62,908 nt of DNA from Christensenellaceae bacterium (GTDB taxonomy: Bacteria > Bacillota > Clostridia > Christensenellales > CAAEEZ01): assembly GCA_020024085.1 (NCBI GenBank), contig JAHHUG010000001.1, positions 1 through 62,908 on the forward strand, in the 5' to 3' direction. Below the pieces are notes generated by a model. It saw only the letters and a program-made list of their open reading frames with translations. It did not search any database and had not been told where the DNA came from. Positions within the stretch are counted from its first letter, which is position 1; each line of letters opens with the position of its first letter. Both the position numbers and the translations under genes were made by a program. Below are positions 1-10,099 of the stretch, piece after piece.

Positions 1-234
1 GATTAGAGAAATGAAAAAAATTGTTAATGAGTTATCTATCGCAATTAAAAAAATTATTCTATTATGTAATATGGTTTAAAAGTGTAAACTTTTAGTAAAG
101 ATGTTCTAAAAAAATAGTTTAATAGTTCTATGAAAAATGTTTTTTAACCTATATATATTATATACTTTATAATAAGTTTACAAAAATTTTTATTCGTGTT
201 ATAATTTTACTAACTTTTTTATCGAGGTAAAACT

Positions 235-804
235 ATGAAATTTGATTTAAAAGATGCAACTAATATACCAAATTTACTTGTAGTATTTAGAATGTTGTGC
301 ACCCCAATATTTGCTGGTTTAGTAGTTTATAATGGTGGTCAAGGTATTACTATTTATATTGGACTTGCAGTATTTGCAATAGCATCAGTTACCGACCTAT
401 TTGATGGTATGATTGCTCGTAAGTACAATATGTGTACTGGTTTAGGTTCAGTTGCAGACCCTTTAGCTGATAAGGTAATGCATATTGTGGCTCTTTATTC
501 ACTTGCATTGATACAATTTATCAATCCTATTGTTGCAGTACTTATTGCCGTTAAGGAAATTGTTATGATTGTAGCAACTAGCGTGTTCAAAAATAAAGGT
601 ATTATTATCCCTGCCAACTTCTATGGTAAAGTGCCTTCAGCATTGCTTAGTGTAGGTGTAATACTTTCATTCTTCCACCCACATATGTTGCACATTGATG
701 AAATTGTATTATTCGCAGCAACTATACTTGCTTATGTAGCATTTGTTCAATATCTACTTATTTGGATAGAGGAGTATAACAAAGCTAAAGCAAATAAGGC
801 TTAA
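235..804 (+). CDS. pgsA: CDP-diacylglycerol--glycerol-3-phosphate 3-phosphatidyltransferase
   Basis: 189-aa polytopic membrane protein with the CDP-alcohol phosphatidyltransferase motif (DLFDGMIARKYNMCTGLGSVADPLADK = D-x2-DG-x2-AR...G-x3-D-x3-D). Confidence 0.85.
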   Translation: MKFDLKDATNIPNLLVVFRMLCTPIFAGLVVYNGGQGITIYIGLAVFAIASVTDLFDGMIARKYNMCTGLGSVADPLADKVMHIVALYSLALIQFINPIVAVLIAVKEIVMIVATSVFKNKGIIIPANFYGKVPSALLSVGVILSFFHPHMLHIDEIVLFAATILAYVAFVQYLLIWIEEYNKAKANKA

Positions 805-805
805 A

Positions 806-1012
806 ATGTTAGTTTCTAATGCTGAAATATGGTTTAGTATCCCGTACCATATTGTTGGTTTTATTATGATATTTTTATCATTAGGGATTTTGCTTTTTAG
901 AAAAGTTTATTATAAAAAACACACAGAAACATACAATGCAAAGATAGACATCACTTTTAAGGTATCGGCTTTATTAGTGATGCTTATTGCATGTTTATTA
1001 TCAATATTGTAA
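806..1012 (+). CDS. small hypothetical membrane protein (two predicted TM helices)
   Basis: 68-aa ORF starting 1 nt after the pgsA stop. It has two hydrophobic stretches and no recognisable family. Confidence 0.4.
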   Translation: MLVSNAEIWFSIPYHIVGFIMIFLSLGILLFRKVYYKKHTETYNAKIDITFKVSALLVMLIACLLSIL

Positions 1013-1033
1013 AATTTTTTGAGGTATAGATAT

Positions 1034-3652
1034 ATGGAAATGGCTAAAACTTATTCTCCAGAATTTGAAAAAGATATTTATAAATTTTGGACAGACAATC
1101 ACTATTTTGAGGCAAAGGTAAATAAGGATAAAAAACCTTTTACCATTATGATGCCACCACCAAACATTACAGGACAATTACACATGGGACACGCTCTTGA
1201 TGATACAATGCAAGATATTATCATTCGTTACAAGAGAATGTCTGGTTTTGAGACTTTATGGTTACCAGGTGTAGACCATGCTTCTATTGCAACCGAGGTT
1301 AAAATTGTAGAGAAGCTTCGTAGTGAAGGTATCGACAAGCACGATATCGGCAGAGAGGAGTTCTTGAAGAGAGCTTTCGAGTGGAAGGAGCAATTTGGTG
1401 GTAGAATTACAACTCAACTTAGAAGTTTGGGTACTTCTTGCGACTGGTCAAGAGAGGCTTTCACTATGGACGAAAGATGCTCAAAGGCTGTTAAGCAAGT
1501 ATTCGTAGACTTATATAACAAAGGCTTAATTTATCAAGGCGATAGGATTATTAACTGGTGTCCTTGTTGTGGTACTGCATTAAGTGATGCAGAGGTTGAG
1601 TACGAGGAGCAAGCATCAAATTTGTGGTACTTTAAGTATCCATTTGAAGATGGTAGTGGCTATATTACTGTTGCAACAACAAGACCAGAGACAATCCCTG
1701 GTGATACTGCTGTTGCTGTTAGCCCTAACGATGAAAAGTACAAAGATGTTGTTGGTAAAATGTTGATTTTACCACTTAATGGTAGAAGAATCCCAGTTAT
1801 TGCTGATGAGTATGTTGAGGAGGGATTTGGTACTGGTGCTGTTAAGATTACACCAGCTCACGACCCTAACGACTACTTGGTTGGAGAAAGGCATAACCTT
1901 GAAATTATCAAAGTAATCAACGATGATGGCAAAATGAATGAGCTATCAGGTAGATACAATGGTATGGATAGATTTGAGGCTCGTGAAGAGGTAGTTAAGG
2001 ACCTTGACAAGTTGGGTTGTTTGGTAAAAATTGAGCCATATACTCACAATGTAGGTACTTGTTATAGATGTCATACTGCTATTGAGCCATGCTTATCAAA
2101 ACAATGGTTTGTAAAAATGGAGCCACTTGCAGAGCCTGCTATTAAGGCTGTTCGTGAGGGCAAAACAAAGTTCATTCCAGAAAGGTTTGACAAAACATAT
2201 TATAACTGGATGGAGAATATCAAAGATTGGTGTATTTCTCGTCAACTATGGTGGGGTCATCGTATTCCAGTTTACTACTGTGAAGATTGTGGCGAGATTA
2301 TGGCAAGTGTTGATGATGTAAAGGTTTGTACAAAGTGTGGTAGCACTCATATCCATCAAGATGAAGATGTACTTGATACTTGGTTTAGTAGTGCATTATG
2401 GCCATTCTCTACCCTAGGTTATCCTGATAAAACAGAGGATTTGGATTACTTCTATCCAACAAGTACTCTTATTACTGGATATGATATTATCTTCTTCTGG
2501 GTTGCTCGTATGATATTTAGTGCTATTGAGCATACTGGCGAAGTTCCATTTAAAGATGTTGTTATTCATGGTATTGTTCGTGATGAGCAAGGTAGAAAAA
2601 TGAGTAAATCACTAGGCAACGGCGTAGACCCACTTAAAGTTATTGATGAGTACGGTGCTGATGCATTAAGACTTGGTGTAATTACAGGTATCAGCCTTGG
2701 TGGTGATACAAGATATATCCCTAAAAAGATAGAGAGTTGTAGAAACTTCTTGAATAAGGTTTGGAACGCATCTCGTTTTGTTATGATGAATAAGGAGAAT
2801 GTAACCATAAAACCACTTAGCGAAGTAAAACTAAACCTTGCTGATAAATGGATACTAAATAAACTTAACAATACTATCAATGAGTGTACAGCACTTCTTG
2901 ATAAATACGATATGGGTATGGCACTTTCAAAGCTAAATGACTTTGTTTGGAGTGATTTCTGCGACTGGTATATCGAACTTACAAAGCCAGCTCTATACAA
3001 AGATGATGAGGAAGAAAGAGCAAATGCTGTTTCAGTACTTGTATATGTACTTCGTGATATTCTTAAGTTGCTTCATCCTTTTGCACCATTTATTACTGAG
3101 GAAATCTTCCAAGTATTAACCGATGGAAAAGAGGGTGGATTAATTGTAAGCGAGTGGCCAAAGGCTGTTACTGTTGATTTAACAGGTGCTGCTGAATTTG
3201 AAAATATTATGGAGATAATCAAGGGTATTAGAAACACCCGTCAAGAAATGGAGGTTGCTCCTTCAAAGAAAATTAGTATCTACCTAAATATTGCTGAAGA
3301 AAACAAATATATGATTGAGGAAGCAAAATCATATATCGAAAAACTTGCTGGTGTATCAAAGATTGAGTACTTGACAGAAAATATTGATAAAGCAAGTGTA
3401 ATCGTAACAAAGGTTGCAACCATTCAAATTCCACTAGGAGAGCTAGTTGATATTGCTGTTGAGGTTGAAAGACTTGAAAAAGAACTAAAGACAGTTAATA
3501 GTGAAATTAAGCGTGCAGAAAGAATGCTTGCAAATGAGGGCTTCGTTGCAAAAGCTCCTGCTAAACTAATTGAAAACGAAAAGGAAAAATTAGCAAACTA
3601 CACCGAAAAGGCTAAAAAGATAGCAGAGCAAATTAAAGAACTAAAAGCTTAA
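1034..3652 (+). CDS. valS: valine--tRNA ligase
   Basis: Class I aaRS motifs HMGH and KMSKS, a typical ValRS length and a C-terminal coiled coil. I prefer the ATG at 1034 (GAGG at 1021-1024, 9 nt upstream) over the TTG at 1019 in the ORF track. Confidence 0.95.
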   Translation: MEMAKTYSPEFEKDIYKFWTDNHYFEAKVNKDKKPFTIMMPPPNITGQLHMGHALDDTMQDIIIRYKRMSGFETLWLPGVDHASIATEVKIVEKLRSEGIDKHDIGREEFLKRAFEWKEQFGGRITTQLRSLGTSCDWSREAFTMDERCSKAVKQVFVDLYNKGLIYQGDRIINWCPCCGTALSDAEVEYEEQASNLWYFKYPFEDGSGYITVATTRPETIPGDTAVAVSPNDEKYKDVVGKMLILPLNGRRIPVIADEYVEEGFGTGAVKITPAHDPNDYLVGERHNLEIIKVINDDGKMNELSGRYNGMDRFEAREEVVKDLDKLGCLVKIEPYTHNVGTCYRCHTAIEPCLSKQWFVKMEPLAEPAIKAVREGKTKFIPERFDKTYYNWMENIKDWCISRQLWWGHRIPVYYCEDCGEIMASVDDVKVCTKCGSTHIHQDEDVLDTWFSSALWPFSTLGYPDKTEDLDYFYPTSTLITGYDIIFFWVARMIFSAIEHTGEVPFKDVVIHGIVRDEQGRKMSKSLGNGVDPLKVIDEYGADALRLGVITGISLGGDTRYIPKKIESCRNFLNKVWNASRFVMMNKENVTIKPLSEVKLNLADKWILNKLNNTINECTALLDKYDMGMALSKLNDFVWSDFCDWYIELTKPALYKDDEEERANAVSVLVYVLRDILKLLHPFAPFITEEIFQVLTDGKEGGLIVSEWPKAVTVDLTGAAEFENIMEIIKGIRNTRQEMEVAPSKKISIYLNIAEENKYMIEEAKSYIEKLAGVSKIEYLTENIDKASVIVTKVATIQIPLGELVDIAVEVERLEKELKTVNSEIKRAERMLANEGFVAKAPAKLIENEKEKLANYTEKAKKIAEQIKELKA

Positions 3653-3670
3653 TCTAAATAATGTTTATAA

Positions 3671-3699
3671 ATAGAGTATGGTTTCCATACTCTATTTTT
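3671..3699 (+). terminator. intrinsic terminator after valS
   Basis: Perfect 11-bp stem ATAGAGTATGG / CCATACTCTAT with a TTT loop, followed by TTTT. Confidence 0.85.
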
Positions 3700-4108
3700 A
3701 TGATTTAAGAATTATCTATCTGTTAGTGTGTATATTATAATAAGGTAGTAAAAATATTCAATATTGACAAAATCGTTAGTTTATATATACAAAATGACAC
3801 TTTAAGTATTATATATTGTCAATATGTGTAATAATTAATCAATTGTTATTAAGTAGGGTTTATTTGATTAGCATTTTATTTAAAGTAAAGTTATATTGAT
3901 AATTTTTTATGCAATACGATTTATAATGATTGAAGTTATTATCTACAAAACATTTGAAAGATGATTATATTAACAAAAAATGTACAATTTTATATATTTT
4001 TAAGGTTTTTATTGTATAAATGACATAAAATATTGTTTTATAATTTACTTTACTTATATAATAATATATAATAATAAAGTACAAAAATCTTAATAAAGGG
4101 AAATTATT

Positions 4109-5659
4109 ATGACAAAAACAAAAAAACAAAAATATGTTGCAAAGCCTGAAGATTATGTTTCTACAAAAGAAGCCGTAATTTATGGTGCTGCTGATATATT
4201 CGGTGGTGGACAAGCTGCATTTTTATCAGTAATTTTGTTAGCATTCTTTACCAACATTATTGGTATTGAGGCAGCAGTTGCTTCTACAATTATCACTGTT
4301 TCAAAATTGTGGGACGCTATCTCTGATACTGGAATGGGACTTATATCCGACAATACTCGTTGGAGTAAACTTGGTCGTAGAAGACCTTATATGATAATCG
4401 GTGGTATTCTTATTCCTTTTGGACTTGCATTTTTGTTTGCTCCAATACAAGGATTAGGTGCTAATTCAAAGATTGTTTGGATGGTATTTGCTTATATTGT
4501 ATATTGCACAATTAGTACAATTTCACAAGTTCCATTTATGAGTATGGCAAGCGATATTTCAATGGATTATCGTGAAAGAAACAAGGCTAATACTTGGAAA
4601 CTTATTTTTGATATTATTTCTGGTGGTTTACTTTACCTTATTCCTTCACTTATTTGGGGACAAGTTTCTGCTGGTAATATGAGTTACTTACAATTCTATT
4701 TTGTAATTGTATTTGGCTTTGGTTTATTCTTTGGTATTCCTCTAATTGTTGCTGGCTTTATGGTTAAGGAGCGTGCTCCATTTGACTGTAGCAACAAAGT
4801 TAAACTTAAATTGAAAGATTATTTTGCAGGACTAAAAGTTAAGTCTTATCAACATCACATTGTTATGTACGTTAGTGCATTCTTAACAATGGATATTGTA
4901 TCGGCTCTTGCTATTTACTATACCGACTACATCGGCGACCACTCTGGTCTTGTTACTGGTACACCAGCTGTTATTATGCAAATTGGCGACCTAACAATTA
5001 ACATGGGTAGTATGTGGGTAATTATGCCTATGATGGTATTTGCTGCTATTGGTATTGTTATTGCATTTGTATTAAAGGCAAAATTTAGCAAACAAGTAGC
5101 ATTTAGAACATTGCTTCCACTATATATTATTGGTGCAATTCTTCTTGCTTGCTACGACCCACGTTGGGGTAAACCTTACCTAGTACCTATCTTTAGTGGT
5201 ATTATGGGCCTTGGTTTTGCTGGTGCTCAATCTATGCCATGGCTTATCTTCCCAGATACCGTTGACGTTGCCGAGCTTAAACTTGGTTACAGACCAACTG
5301 CTAATATGAGTGGTGTAATGACATTTTGTAGAAAGGCTGCAACTGCATTTGGCGTTGGTATGGTTGGTTGGGTACTTACTGGTGCTGGCTATATTCCTTC
5401 TAAAATTAGTGAGACAACTGGAAAAGAAATTTTCTTTGCTCAACCAGATAGCGTATATATTGCAATTAGAGTATTTTTAGCAGTTACAGTAACAGTTCTT
5501 ATTACAATAGGCTTTATTGCTGCTGTAAGATACAAAGTAACCGATAAAAAACTTGAAAGAATTAGATACTTTGTTGACAAGAGGAACGAGGTTGGTGTAG
5601 AGGGCTTTACTGCTGAGGAAAAAGCTGAATACGACAAGCTAATTAAAGAACTTTGCTAA
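4109..5659 (+). CDS. glycoside-pentoside-hexuronide (GPH):cation symporter family transporter
   Basis: 516-aa 12-TM-type protein with the GPH/MelB-like signature near the N-terminus (KLWDAISDTGMGLISDNTRWSKLGRRRPY). Confidence 0.8.
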   Translation: MTKTKKQKYVAKPEDYVSTKEAVIYGAADIFGGGQAAFLSVILLAFFTNIIGIEAAVASTIITVSKLWDAISDTGMGLISDNTRWSKLGRRRPYMIIGGILIPFGLAFLFAPIQGLGANSKIVWMVFAYIVYCTISTISQVPFMSMASDISMDYRERNKANTWKLIFDIISGGLLYLIPSLIWGQVSAGNMSYLQFYFVIVFGFGLFFGIPLIVAGFMVKERAPFDCSNKVKLKLKDYFAGLKVKSYQHHIVMYVSAFLTMDIVSALAIYYTDYIGDHSGLVTGTPAVIMQIGDLTINMGSMWVIMPMMVFAAIGIVIAFVLKAKFSKQVAFRTLLPLYIIGAILLACYDPRWGKPYLVPIFSGIMGLGFAGAQSMPWLIFPDTVDVAELKLGYRPTANMSGVMTFCRKAATAFGVGMVGWVLTGAGYIPSKISETTGKEIFFAQPDSVYIAIRVFLAVTVTVLITIGFIAAVRYKVTDKKLERIRYFVDKRNEVGVEGFTAEEKAEYDKLIKELC

Positions 5660-5668
5660 GAGGTAATT

Positions 5669-6727
5669 ATGGAAAATTTGACTGCTAAAGCTGTTGAAAA
5701 TAATGGACTAAAGCCATTCAAGGATAAGGACGGTTGTTGGACTTTTACTAAAAAAAGTGGTGAAGACTTCAGGATTTTGCAACTTACTGACCTACATTAT
5801 GGTGGTAGTATCTTTACAAAAAAGAAAGATGCATTATGCAAAAACCTTATTATTAAAATTGTTGAGACTGCTCACCCTGACTTAATTATTGTAACGGGCG
5901 ATATGGTATTCCCTATCCCAGTGATTGGTGGCACAATCAATAATCTAAAGTCAACTAACAAAATTATTGAGTTATTTGAAAGTTTTGATATTCCGTGGGC
6001 AGTGGTTTATGGTAATCACGATGTAGAGCCTATGGCAATGTACAAAAAATCAAGGTTGTCAGAGGCATACGAAAATGCTAAAAATTGCTTGTTTACCCGT
6101 GGCAAAGAGGATTTGTCAGGCGAGGGTAACTATATGATTAAGGTGCTTAACGAGGACGGAAGTATCAATACTGCACTTATGATGATAGATAGCAATATGT
6201 ATGTGGAAAAGGGTATTGCAGGCTTCTATTCTGGTTTTGATAATATCCACGATGACCAAATTGAATGGTACAAACAGGAGATTAATAGAATAAGCGAGGG
6301 TAGAGATATTGTGCCTTCACTTGCATTTTTCCATATTCCACCAAACGAGTTTAAGGAAGCTTGGAAAAAATATACCCGTAATGGTGGAGATAACGAGGTA
6401 AAATGGTATCTTGGAGAGGTTGGCGAAACTAACGATTATTTCGGTGTACCAAAGTTCAAGGGCAATTTCTTTAAGGAAATGGTGGATTTTGGTAGCTGTA
6501 AAGGTATGTTTATGGGACACGACCACCTTAATACCGTTTCTATCGAGTACAAAGGTATCCGTTTAACCTACGGAATGAGTGTGGATTACCTTGCTTATCG
6601 TGGCATTATGAAATGGTCTAGTCAACGAGGTGGTACAATAGTTAGCATCAAGGACGATAGCACTTTTGATGTAAGCCTACTACCATTGGACGAGGTAGCC
6701 CCTACATTGAATAAGAAAAACAAATAA
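5669..6727 (+). CDS. calcineurin-like metallophosphoesterase
   Basis: Motifs LTDLHYG, GDMVF, GNHD and GHDH in canonical order. Starts 9 nt after the GPH transporter, so probably co-transcribed. Confidence 0.8.
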   Translation: MENLTAKAVENNGLKPFKDKDGCWTFTKKSGEDFRILQLTDLHYGGSIFTKKKDALCKNLIIKIVETAHPDLIIVTGDMVFPIPVIGGTINNLKSTNKIIELFESFDIPWAVVYGNHDVEPMAMYKKSRLSEAYENAKNCLFTRGKEDLSGEGNYMIKVLNEDGSINTALMMIDSNMYVEKGIAGFYSGFDNIHDDQIEWYKQEINRISEGRDIVPSLAFFHIPPNEFKEAWKKYTRNGGDNEVKWYLGEVGETNDYFGVPKFKGNFFKEMVDFGSCKGMFMGHDHLNTVSIEYKGIRLTYGMSVDYLAYRGIMKWSSQRGGTIVSIKDDSTFDVSLLPLDEVAPTLNKKNK

Positions 6728-6812
6728 ATTAATACTTTTTAGTTTACTTGCAGTCGGCGATGCCGACATTAGATGAAGTTGCATATACATTGAGCAAGGA
6801 AATTAAATAGAC

Positions 6813-6840
6813 AAAAAGCACCTAGTGGGTGCTTTTTTTT
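6813..6840 (+). terminator. intrinsic terminator after the metallophosphoesterase gene
   Basis: AAAAAGCACC-TAGT-GGGTGC hairpin followed by a T8 run. Confidence 0.8.
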
Positions 6841-6987
6841 AATGAGAATATAATATTTATTAACTTTGAGATTAATCTAATCATAATTTGTTTTGCATTA
6901 TAAATAGGTTGCATTTATTAGTAAATTTATTATTGAATAAATGCATATCAAATAGTAGTAACTTTTATTTTTTTGTGCTACAATGAA

Positions 6988-7090
6988 ATTAAGCTTACGA
7001 CTGACGGATAAGTAGATTTAACTACGGGGAGTAAGCTTATATGTTAGCCGACCGTCTGGGCAGGAATGCCTAGTACGGTGTTTTTTATTT
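6988..7090 (+). promoter_or_regulatory. ZTP (pfl-motif) riboswitch with terminator expression platform
   Basis: P1 is AAGCTTAC (6991-6998) paired with GTAAGCTT (7031-7038). Conserved-looking GACTGACGG (6999-7007), ACGGGGAG, and the 3' module CCGACCGTCTGGGCAGG are present. GACGG (7003-7007) is complementary to CCGTC (7052-7056), the expected pseudoknot. The terminator ACCGTCTGGGC...GCCTAG(T)ACGGT + T6 (7051-7086) shares its 5' arm with the aptamer 3' module. An extended -10 TGcTACAAT lies at 6976-6984. It sits directly upstream of pflB, the context the motif was named for. Confidence 0.8.
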
Positions 7091-7103
7091 TTAGGAGGTT
7101 TTT

Positions 7104-9329
7104 ATGAACGAGTGGAACAATTTTTTGGGAACAAAATGGAAGGAAACTATTGATGTAAAAGACTTTATTATGGCTAATTATACATATTATAATGGTGACG
7201 AAAGTTTCCTTGAGGGTGCAACCGATAGAACAAAGAAGGTGCTTGGTAGGGTTAAAGAACTACTTAAAGAGGAGGCAGACAAGGGTGGTGTACTTGATGT
7301 TGATACTGAAACTGTTTCTTCTATTCTATCATTTGAGCCAGGCTATATCGACAAGGAAAATGATATAATTGTAGGTCTTCAAACGGACCAACCACTAAAA
7401 AGAGCAGTTGTGCCTTTTGGTGGAATTAGAATGAGTGAGCAAGCTTGCAAGGCTTATGGCTACGAGCTTTCTGATAAGGTAAAGGACGAGTTTAAGTATC
7501 GTACAACCCACAATGATGGTGTGTTCAATGTGTATTCTGATGAAATGAAAAGGGCAAGACATGTAGGCTTGATTACAGGTTTACCAGATACATATTCAAG
7601 AGGTAGAATCATAGGTGACTATCGTAGAATTGCATTGTATGGTATGGATAGACTTATTGCCGAAAAGGTAAAGGATAAGCAAGAACTTCAACAAAAACCG
7701 ATGATGGAGGAGAATGTAAAACTTATCGAGGAGCTACACAAGCAACTTAGCTTTATGCACCAACTTAAAGAAATGGCAAAGTCTTATGGCTACGATATTT
7801 CGCGACCAGCACAAAATGCAAAAGAGGCAGTTCAATGGCTTTATTTCGGTTATCTTGGTGCTGTAAAAGAACAAAATGGTGCTGCTAACTCTATTGGTAG
7901 AATAATCACATTTTTGGATATTTACTTCACTAGAGACCTAAATAACGGGGTACTAACCGAAAAAGAGGCTCAAGAAATTATTGATGACTTTGTGCTAAAA
8001 CTTCGTATGGTTCGCCACCTAAGAATACCAGAGTACAACGAACTTTTTGCAGGCGACCCAGTATGGGTAACAATTAGCGATGGTGGACTTACTGAAGATG
8101 GCAAACCTATGGTTACAAAAAATAGTTACCGTTTGCTTAATACTTTGTACAATCTAGGTAGTAGCAGTGAACCAAATATCACTATTTTATGGAGTGAAAA
8201 CTTGCCTAAAACCTACAAGGATTTTTGTGCAAAAGTAAGTATTGATACCGACTCTATTCAGTACGAAAATGATGATTTAATGAGAGAGATTTATGGTGCT
8301 GACTATTCGATTGCTTGTTGTGTTTCTGCTATGAAAACAGGTAAGCAAATGCAATATTTTGGTGCTCGTTGCAACCTTGCAAAAACCTTGTTGCTTGGCT
8401 TGAATGGTGGTAAAGATGAAATACAAAATATTCAAGTTGGACCAGAAAGAAAGCCTTTTGAGGAGGGCTTACTTGACTACGAAGAGGTGCTTAAGGCTTA
8501 TGATTTTTACTCAACTTGGGTAGCAAATTTGTATGTAAATACCCTTAATGTTATTCACTTTATGCACGATAAATATGCTTACGAAAGGTTGATGATGAGC
8601 CTTCACGACACAAATGTAGATAGGCTTATGGCTTTTGGTGTATCTGGATTTAGTGTGCTTGTGGATAGCTTGTCTGCAATAAAATATGCCAAGGTTTATG
8701 CAAAAAAAGATGAGAGAGGAATTATCAGTGATTTTGAGATAGTTGGGGATTATCCAAAGTACGGAAACGACGATGATAGAGTAGATGATATTGCAAGGTT
8801 TGTAGTTAAGGACTTCTACGAAAAATTATGTAAAATACCTACCTATCGTAACGCAAAACACACTTTATCTATCTTAACTATCACATCAAATGTGGTTTAT
8901 GGCAAAAAGACAGGTTCTACACCAGATGGCAGAAAGAAGGGAGAACCATTCGCACCAGGTGCAAATCCTATGCATGAAAGAGACAAATGTGGTGCTATTG
9001 CAAGCTTAAATAGTGTTGCAAAAATTGATTATAACTATTGTAGAGATGGTATTTCAAATACATTCTCTATTGAGAAAAATACCCTTGGAAAAACAGCTAC
9101 TCAACAGGTAGAAACTCTAGTTGGATTGCTTGATGGCTACTTTATGAACAAGGCTCAACACCTAAATGTAAATGTATTAAGTAGGGATATGCTAATTGAT
9201 GCAATGAATAATAGGTGGAAATATCCAAACTTAACAATTAGGGTTAGTGGTTATGCTGTAAACTTTAACAAATTAAGTCTTGAGCAACAAAAAGAGGTAA
9301 TCAGTAGAACTTATCATACCTCATTGTAA
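7104..9329 (+). CDS. pflB: formate C-acetyltransferase (pyruvate formate-lyase)
   Basis: 741 aa, with the active-site Cys pair (IACCVSAMK) and the C-terminal glycyl-radical motif RVSGYAV. Confidence 0.95.
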   Translation: MNEWNNFLGTKWKETIDVKDFIMANYTYYNGDESFLEGATDRTKKVLGRVKELLKEEADKGGVLDVDTETVSSILSFEPGYIDKENDIIVGLQTDQPLKRAVVPFGGIRMSEQACKAYGYELSDKVKDEFKYRTTHNDGVFNVYSDEMKRARHVGLITGLPDTYSRGRIIGDYRRIALYGMDRLIAEKVKDKQELQQKPMMEENVKLIEELHKQLSFMHQLKEMAKSYGYDISRPAQNAKEAVQWLYFGYLGAVKEQNGAANSIGRIITFLDIYFTRDLNNGVLTEKEAQEIIDDFVLKLRMVRHLRIPEYNELFAGDPVWVTISDGGLTEDGKPMVTKNSYRLLNTLYNLGSSSEPNITILWSENLPKTYKDFCAKVSIDTDSIQYENDDLMREIYGADYSIACCVSAMKTGKQMQYFGARCNLAKTLLLGLNGGKDEIQNIQVGPERKPFEEGLLDYEEVLKAYDFYSTWVANLYVNTLNVIHFMHDKYAYERLMMSLHDTNVDRLMAFGVSGFSVLVDSLSAIKYAKVYAKKDERGIISDFEIVGDYPKYGNDDDRVDDIARFVVKDFYEKLCKIPTYRNAKHTLSILTITSNVVYGKKTGSTPDGRKKGEPFAPGANPMHERDKCGAIASLNSVAKIDYNYCRDGISNTFSIEKNTLGKTATQQVETLVGLLDGYFMNKAQHLNVNVLSRDMLIDAMNNRWKYPNLTIRVSGYAVNFNKLSLEQQKEVISRTYHTSL

Positions 9330-9385
9330 AATTGTGTAGTAGATATCAATTTTTGTAGGATAAATATATCAATAACAGGTGAAAT

Positions 9386-10099
9386 ATGGAAGGTTATGTT
9401 CATTCAATAGAGACGTTTGCTACCCTTGATGGTGGTGGAATAAGGGGTATGGTATTTTTATCGGGGTGTAAGTTTAGATGTTGTTATTGCCACAATCCTG
9501 ATACTTGGTTTACAAAAGGTACTCTTACAGACCATAAAGAGATTGTAAAAAAACTTGCAAAAAATAAGAATTATTATAGGAATGGTGGTATTACAATTAG
9601 TGGTGGCGACCCACTTGTACAAAGTGAATATACTTTGGCTTTGCTAGAGGATTTCAAAAAGGAAGGTTTGCATACTGCAATCGACACAAGTGGTTGCGTT
9701 TTGCCCGTAAATATTGAAAAAATACTAGATTTTACCGATTTAGTTATACTAGATTTGAAGTTTTATAATGAGGAGTTGTATCAAAAATATTGTGGTGGTA
9801 GCATTGAAAATGTGCTAAAGTTAATTGATATTATTAACCAAAAGGACAAAAAAGTGCTACTACGAACAGTAATTGTACCAGCAATAAATGATAATACTGA
9901 AATGCTTGATAAATATCTAAATATTGCAAAAACAATTAAAAACTTGACTTGTTATGAGTTGTTGGGTTATCATACATTAGGGGTGGATAAATACAAACAA
10001 TTAGGTTTAGAGTATAAACTAAACTGTCCACCACTTGAAAGTGACAAACTTTTGGAACTTCAAGGATATATTGATAGGAAATTGTATGAAAAATGTTAA
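9386..10099 (+). CDS. pflA: pyruvate formate-lyase activating enzyme (radical SAM)
   Basis: CxxxCxxC cluster motif (CKFRCCYCHN) near the N-terminus, about 240 aa, immediately downstream of pflB. Confidence 0.9.
   Translation: MEGYVHSIETFATLDGGGIRGMVFLSGCKFRCCYCHNPDTWFTKGTLTDHKEIVKKLAKNKNYYRNGGITISGGDPLVQSEYTLALLEDFKKEGLHTAIDTSGCVLPVNIEKILDFTDLVILDLKFYNEELYQKYCGGSIENVLKLIDIINQKDKKVLLRTVIVPAINDNTEMLDKYLNIAKTIKNLTCYELLGYHTLGVDKYKQLGLEYKLNCPPLESDKLLELQGYIDRKLYEKC

Noticed and set aside
2-79. Open reading frame running from the window edge to TAA at 77-79 (...IREMKKIVNELSIAIKKIILLCNMV*), possibly the 3' end of an upstream gene.
   Set aside because: Only 25 codons are visible and no family can be assigned, so it is not reported as a feature.
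53-80. ATTATGTAA segment resembling the right half of the Firmicutes dif site.
   Set aside because: Only about 9 nt match the dif consensus as I recall it, and the left arm is absent. It is probably chance in AT-rich DNA.
2566-3000. Long antisense or alternative-frame ORFs inside well-supported genes. Examples: 2566-3000(-) in valS, 16878-17252(-) in purF, 25419-25826(-) in purL, 41592-41999(-) in typA, 52363-52842(-) in GH2, plus all the 60-105-aa ORFs nested in other genes.
   Set aside because: Each lies wholly inside a gene with strong family motifs on the other strand or frame. Their translations are low-complexity (Ser/Leu/Ile/Phe-rich), have no recognisable motifs and lack Shine-Dalgarno sequences.
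3671-3699. The terminators at 3671-3699 and 34626-34655 share a TATGG-TTT(T)-CCATA core, hinting at a repeated element family.
   Set aside because: The similarity is confined to the roughly 12-nt hairpin tip, with no flanking homology. It is most simply coincidence between two short AT-rich hairpins.
3761-3825. 10-bp inverted repeat ATATTGACAA ... TTGTCAATAT separated by 45 bp in the spacer before the GPH transporter gene.
   Set aside because: It is short, AT-rich and contains a -35-like TTGACA on each strand. It is more likely two promoter-like hexamers than a structured element.
3965-4213. 82-aa minus-strand ORF spanning the spacer upstream of the GPH transporter gene.
   Set aside because: It overlaps the start of the well-supported transporter gene. 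Its product is extremely Ile/Phe/Tyr/Asn-rich, as expected from translating AT-rich spacer, and it has no SD.
6745-6812. Relatively GC-rich patch after the phosphoesterase stop, with a GTCGGC-GAT-GCCGAC hairpin (6753-6767) and a 16-codon ORF (ATG 6760, MPTLDEVAYTLSKEIK).
   Set aside because: There is no SD before the ATG, the hairpin has no U tract, and the real terminator follows at 6813-6840. It may be a remnant of a former C-terminus. The evidence is insufficient for a feature.
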